42,084 nt of DNA from Emiliania huxleyi CCMP1516 (lineage: Eukaryota): assembly GCF_000372725.1 (NCBI RefSeq), contig NW_005201191.1:250426-292509 (forward strand), in the 5' to 3' direction. The position numbers were made by a program, and so were the translations under genes. The notes under the pieces were generated by a model that was not told where the DNA came from, made no database searches, and saw only the letters and a program-made list of their open reading frames with translations. Below, piece by piece: positions 41,035 to 42,084 of the stretch (position 1 is the stretch's first letter; each line of letters opens with the position of its first letter).

Positions 41035-41138
41035 GAGATATGGTGGGATACCGCGGGATACCGCGGGATACTGGGGGATACTGGGAGATACCGGGAGATA
41101 CCGGGAGATGCGAGATACGGGAGATACCGGGGGATACG
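41035..41138 (+). repeat. degenerate GGGA(GA)TAC tandem repeat
   Basis: repeated GGGATAC/GGGAGATAC units. Confidence 0.7.
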
Positions 41139-41258
41139 CTCGGTCGGCCTCGGGAGTCTCCCCTCTGGGCCAGCGCGGGGGGCCTAGAGGGTATCCATGC
41201 GGGGTGTCCACGCGGCGACCTGCGGTTTTTCTTCTTTTAGCCGGCGCTACCCGCAAAT

Positions 41259-41627
41259 GTGTATATGGCAGCCCGGGTCGGCACACTCGGCCTTCTCATC
41301 GGCCTCCTCAGCCTCGTCGGCTGCGTGCTCAGTCTTTCGCCGCCGCTCGCGCCGATCGCCACGCGACTTCCCGCGCGGATCACGACGCCGTTCGCGCTTG
41401 CCGCGCTGAACAGTGGCCGGCGACCGGCGAGAGTGGCTATGGCTGACGAGCCAGAGGAGTGGTCGCCGCCCGGTGTGTTTTCGAAGGAGAATGCGGGTCC
41501 GTGGGCGATCCTGGTCATCATCACCGCCTTTCAATACATGGCGACGCTGCCGCGGGACTCGCTGCCTTCGTGGCTTCAGACTCTGATCCCAGTCATCCTC
41601 GGACGGCAGTACGACGTGCCCATGTGA
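41259..41627 (+). CDS. small hypothetical membrane protein with probable bipartite (signal + transit) plastid-targeting leader
   Basis: hydrophobic signal GTLGLLIGLLSLVGCVLS, Arg/Pro/Ala-rich acid-free transit-like stretch ending VAMA, then an acidic start and one hydrophobic helix. Confidence 0.6.
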   Translation: MYMAARVGTLGLLIGLLSLVGCVLSLSPPLAPIATRLPARITTPFALAALNSGRRPARVAMADEPEEWSPPGVFSKENAGPWAILVIITAFQYMATLPRDSLPSWLQTLIPVILGRQYDVPM

Positions 41628-42084
41628 GCGGCCAAACACACCGCCGACTGTCCGCTAAGCGCCGCACGCCAAACACGCGTCGCGTTGTTTCTGCGAAAAT
41701 GGAGGCGCCTCTCCGTTACGGCCGTCTGGAGAGGTTTGGCCAGGGGCCGGGGCTGCTCCGCTTTTTTCTTCGCACATCACTTGAGAATCTCTCCCACTCG
41801 CGCCCCCGACGCCGCGAGAGATCCGCACCCAGCTCGCGCGCGACCGCCCGGTGACTAAATGGTGGTCACTTGTCGTTCATTGTCTTAGTAAGATGACCGT
41901 GCAGGTGCAGCACGTGTGGCTTGACTGACAGTGACACAACAGGCTTCGCGCACACACGTGACACACCCCCTCCCTCCCCCAGCACACGACCTAGTCACCT
42001 ACTCTCTCCTTGGCTCGCGCACCGGACTCGCACCGGCAGAGCCGCGTGCGGACGAGAGTCGCCTTCCACCCGCTCGCGCACACT

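Overview
GC-rich, intron-containing eukaryotic DNA with three assembly gaps. About half of the inferred introns use GC donors, and AP2-domain proteins and low-complexity introns are common. This fits a haptophyte such as Emiliania (Gephyrocapsa) huxleyi, which is an inference. Host genes in order: an AP2+ankyrin protein missed by the ORF track, a sulfatase fragment, a CRAL-TRIO protein, a WWE-WWE-RING E3 ligase, a RAD16-type SNF2 helicase with N-terminal UIM and PARP-type zinc finger, a secreted FG-GAP/CBM1-like/Hint (Hedgehog-type) protein, a GT8 glycosyltransferase, a five-AP2 protein, RPP40, a PHD-Tudor-DUF6697-like protein, a DEAD-box helicase and a small, probably plastid-targeted protein. 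Intergenic DNA holds many 5'-truncated non-LTR retroelements of the restriction-like endonuclease (RLE)/CRE type, two with clear target-site duplications, plus a MITE and other dispersed repeats. The most striking signal is in the introns: in most spliced genes the first 12-30 nt of an intron are a degenerate copy of the start of the next exon. One DEAD-box intron shows this at several ages and ends in 48 tandem 73-nt units, each formally a GC...AG intron beginning with a near-exact copy of the next exon's first 21 nt. This suggests an active duplication/insertion-driven route to intron birth. All exon-intron structures were inferred by eye from protein motif continuity, without transcript data.
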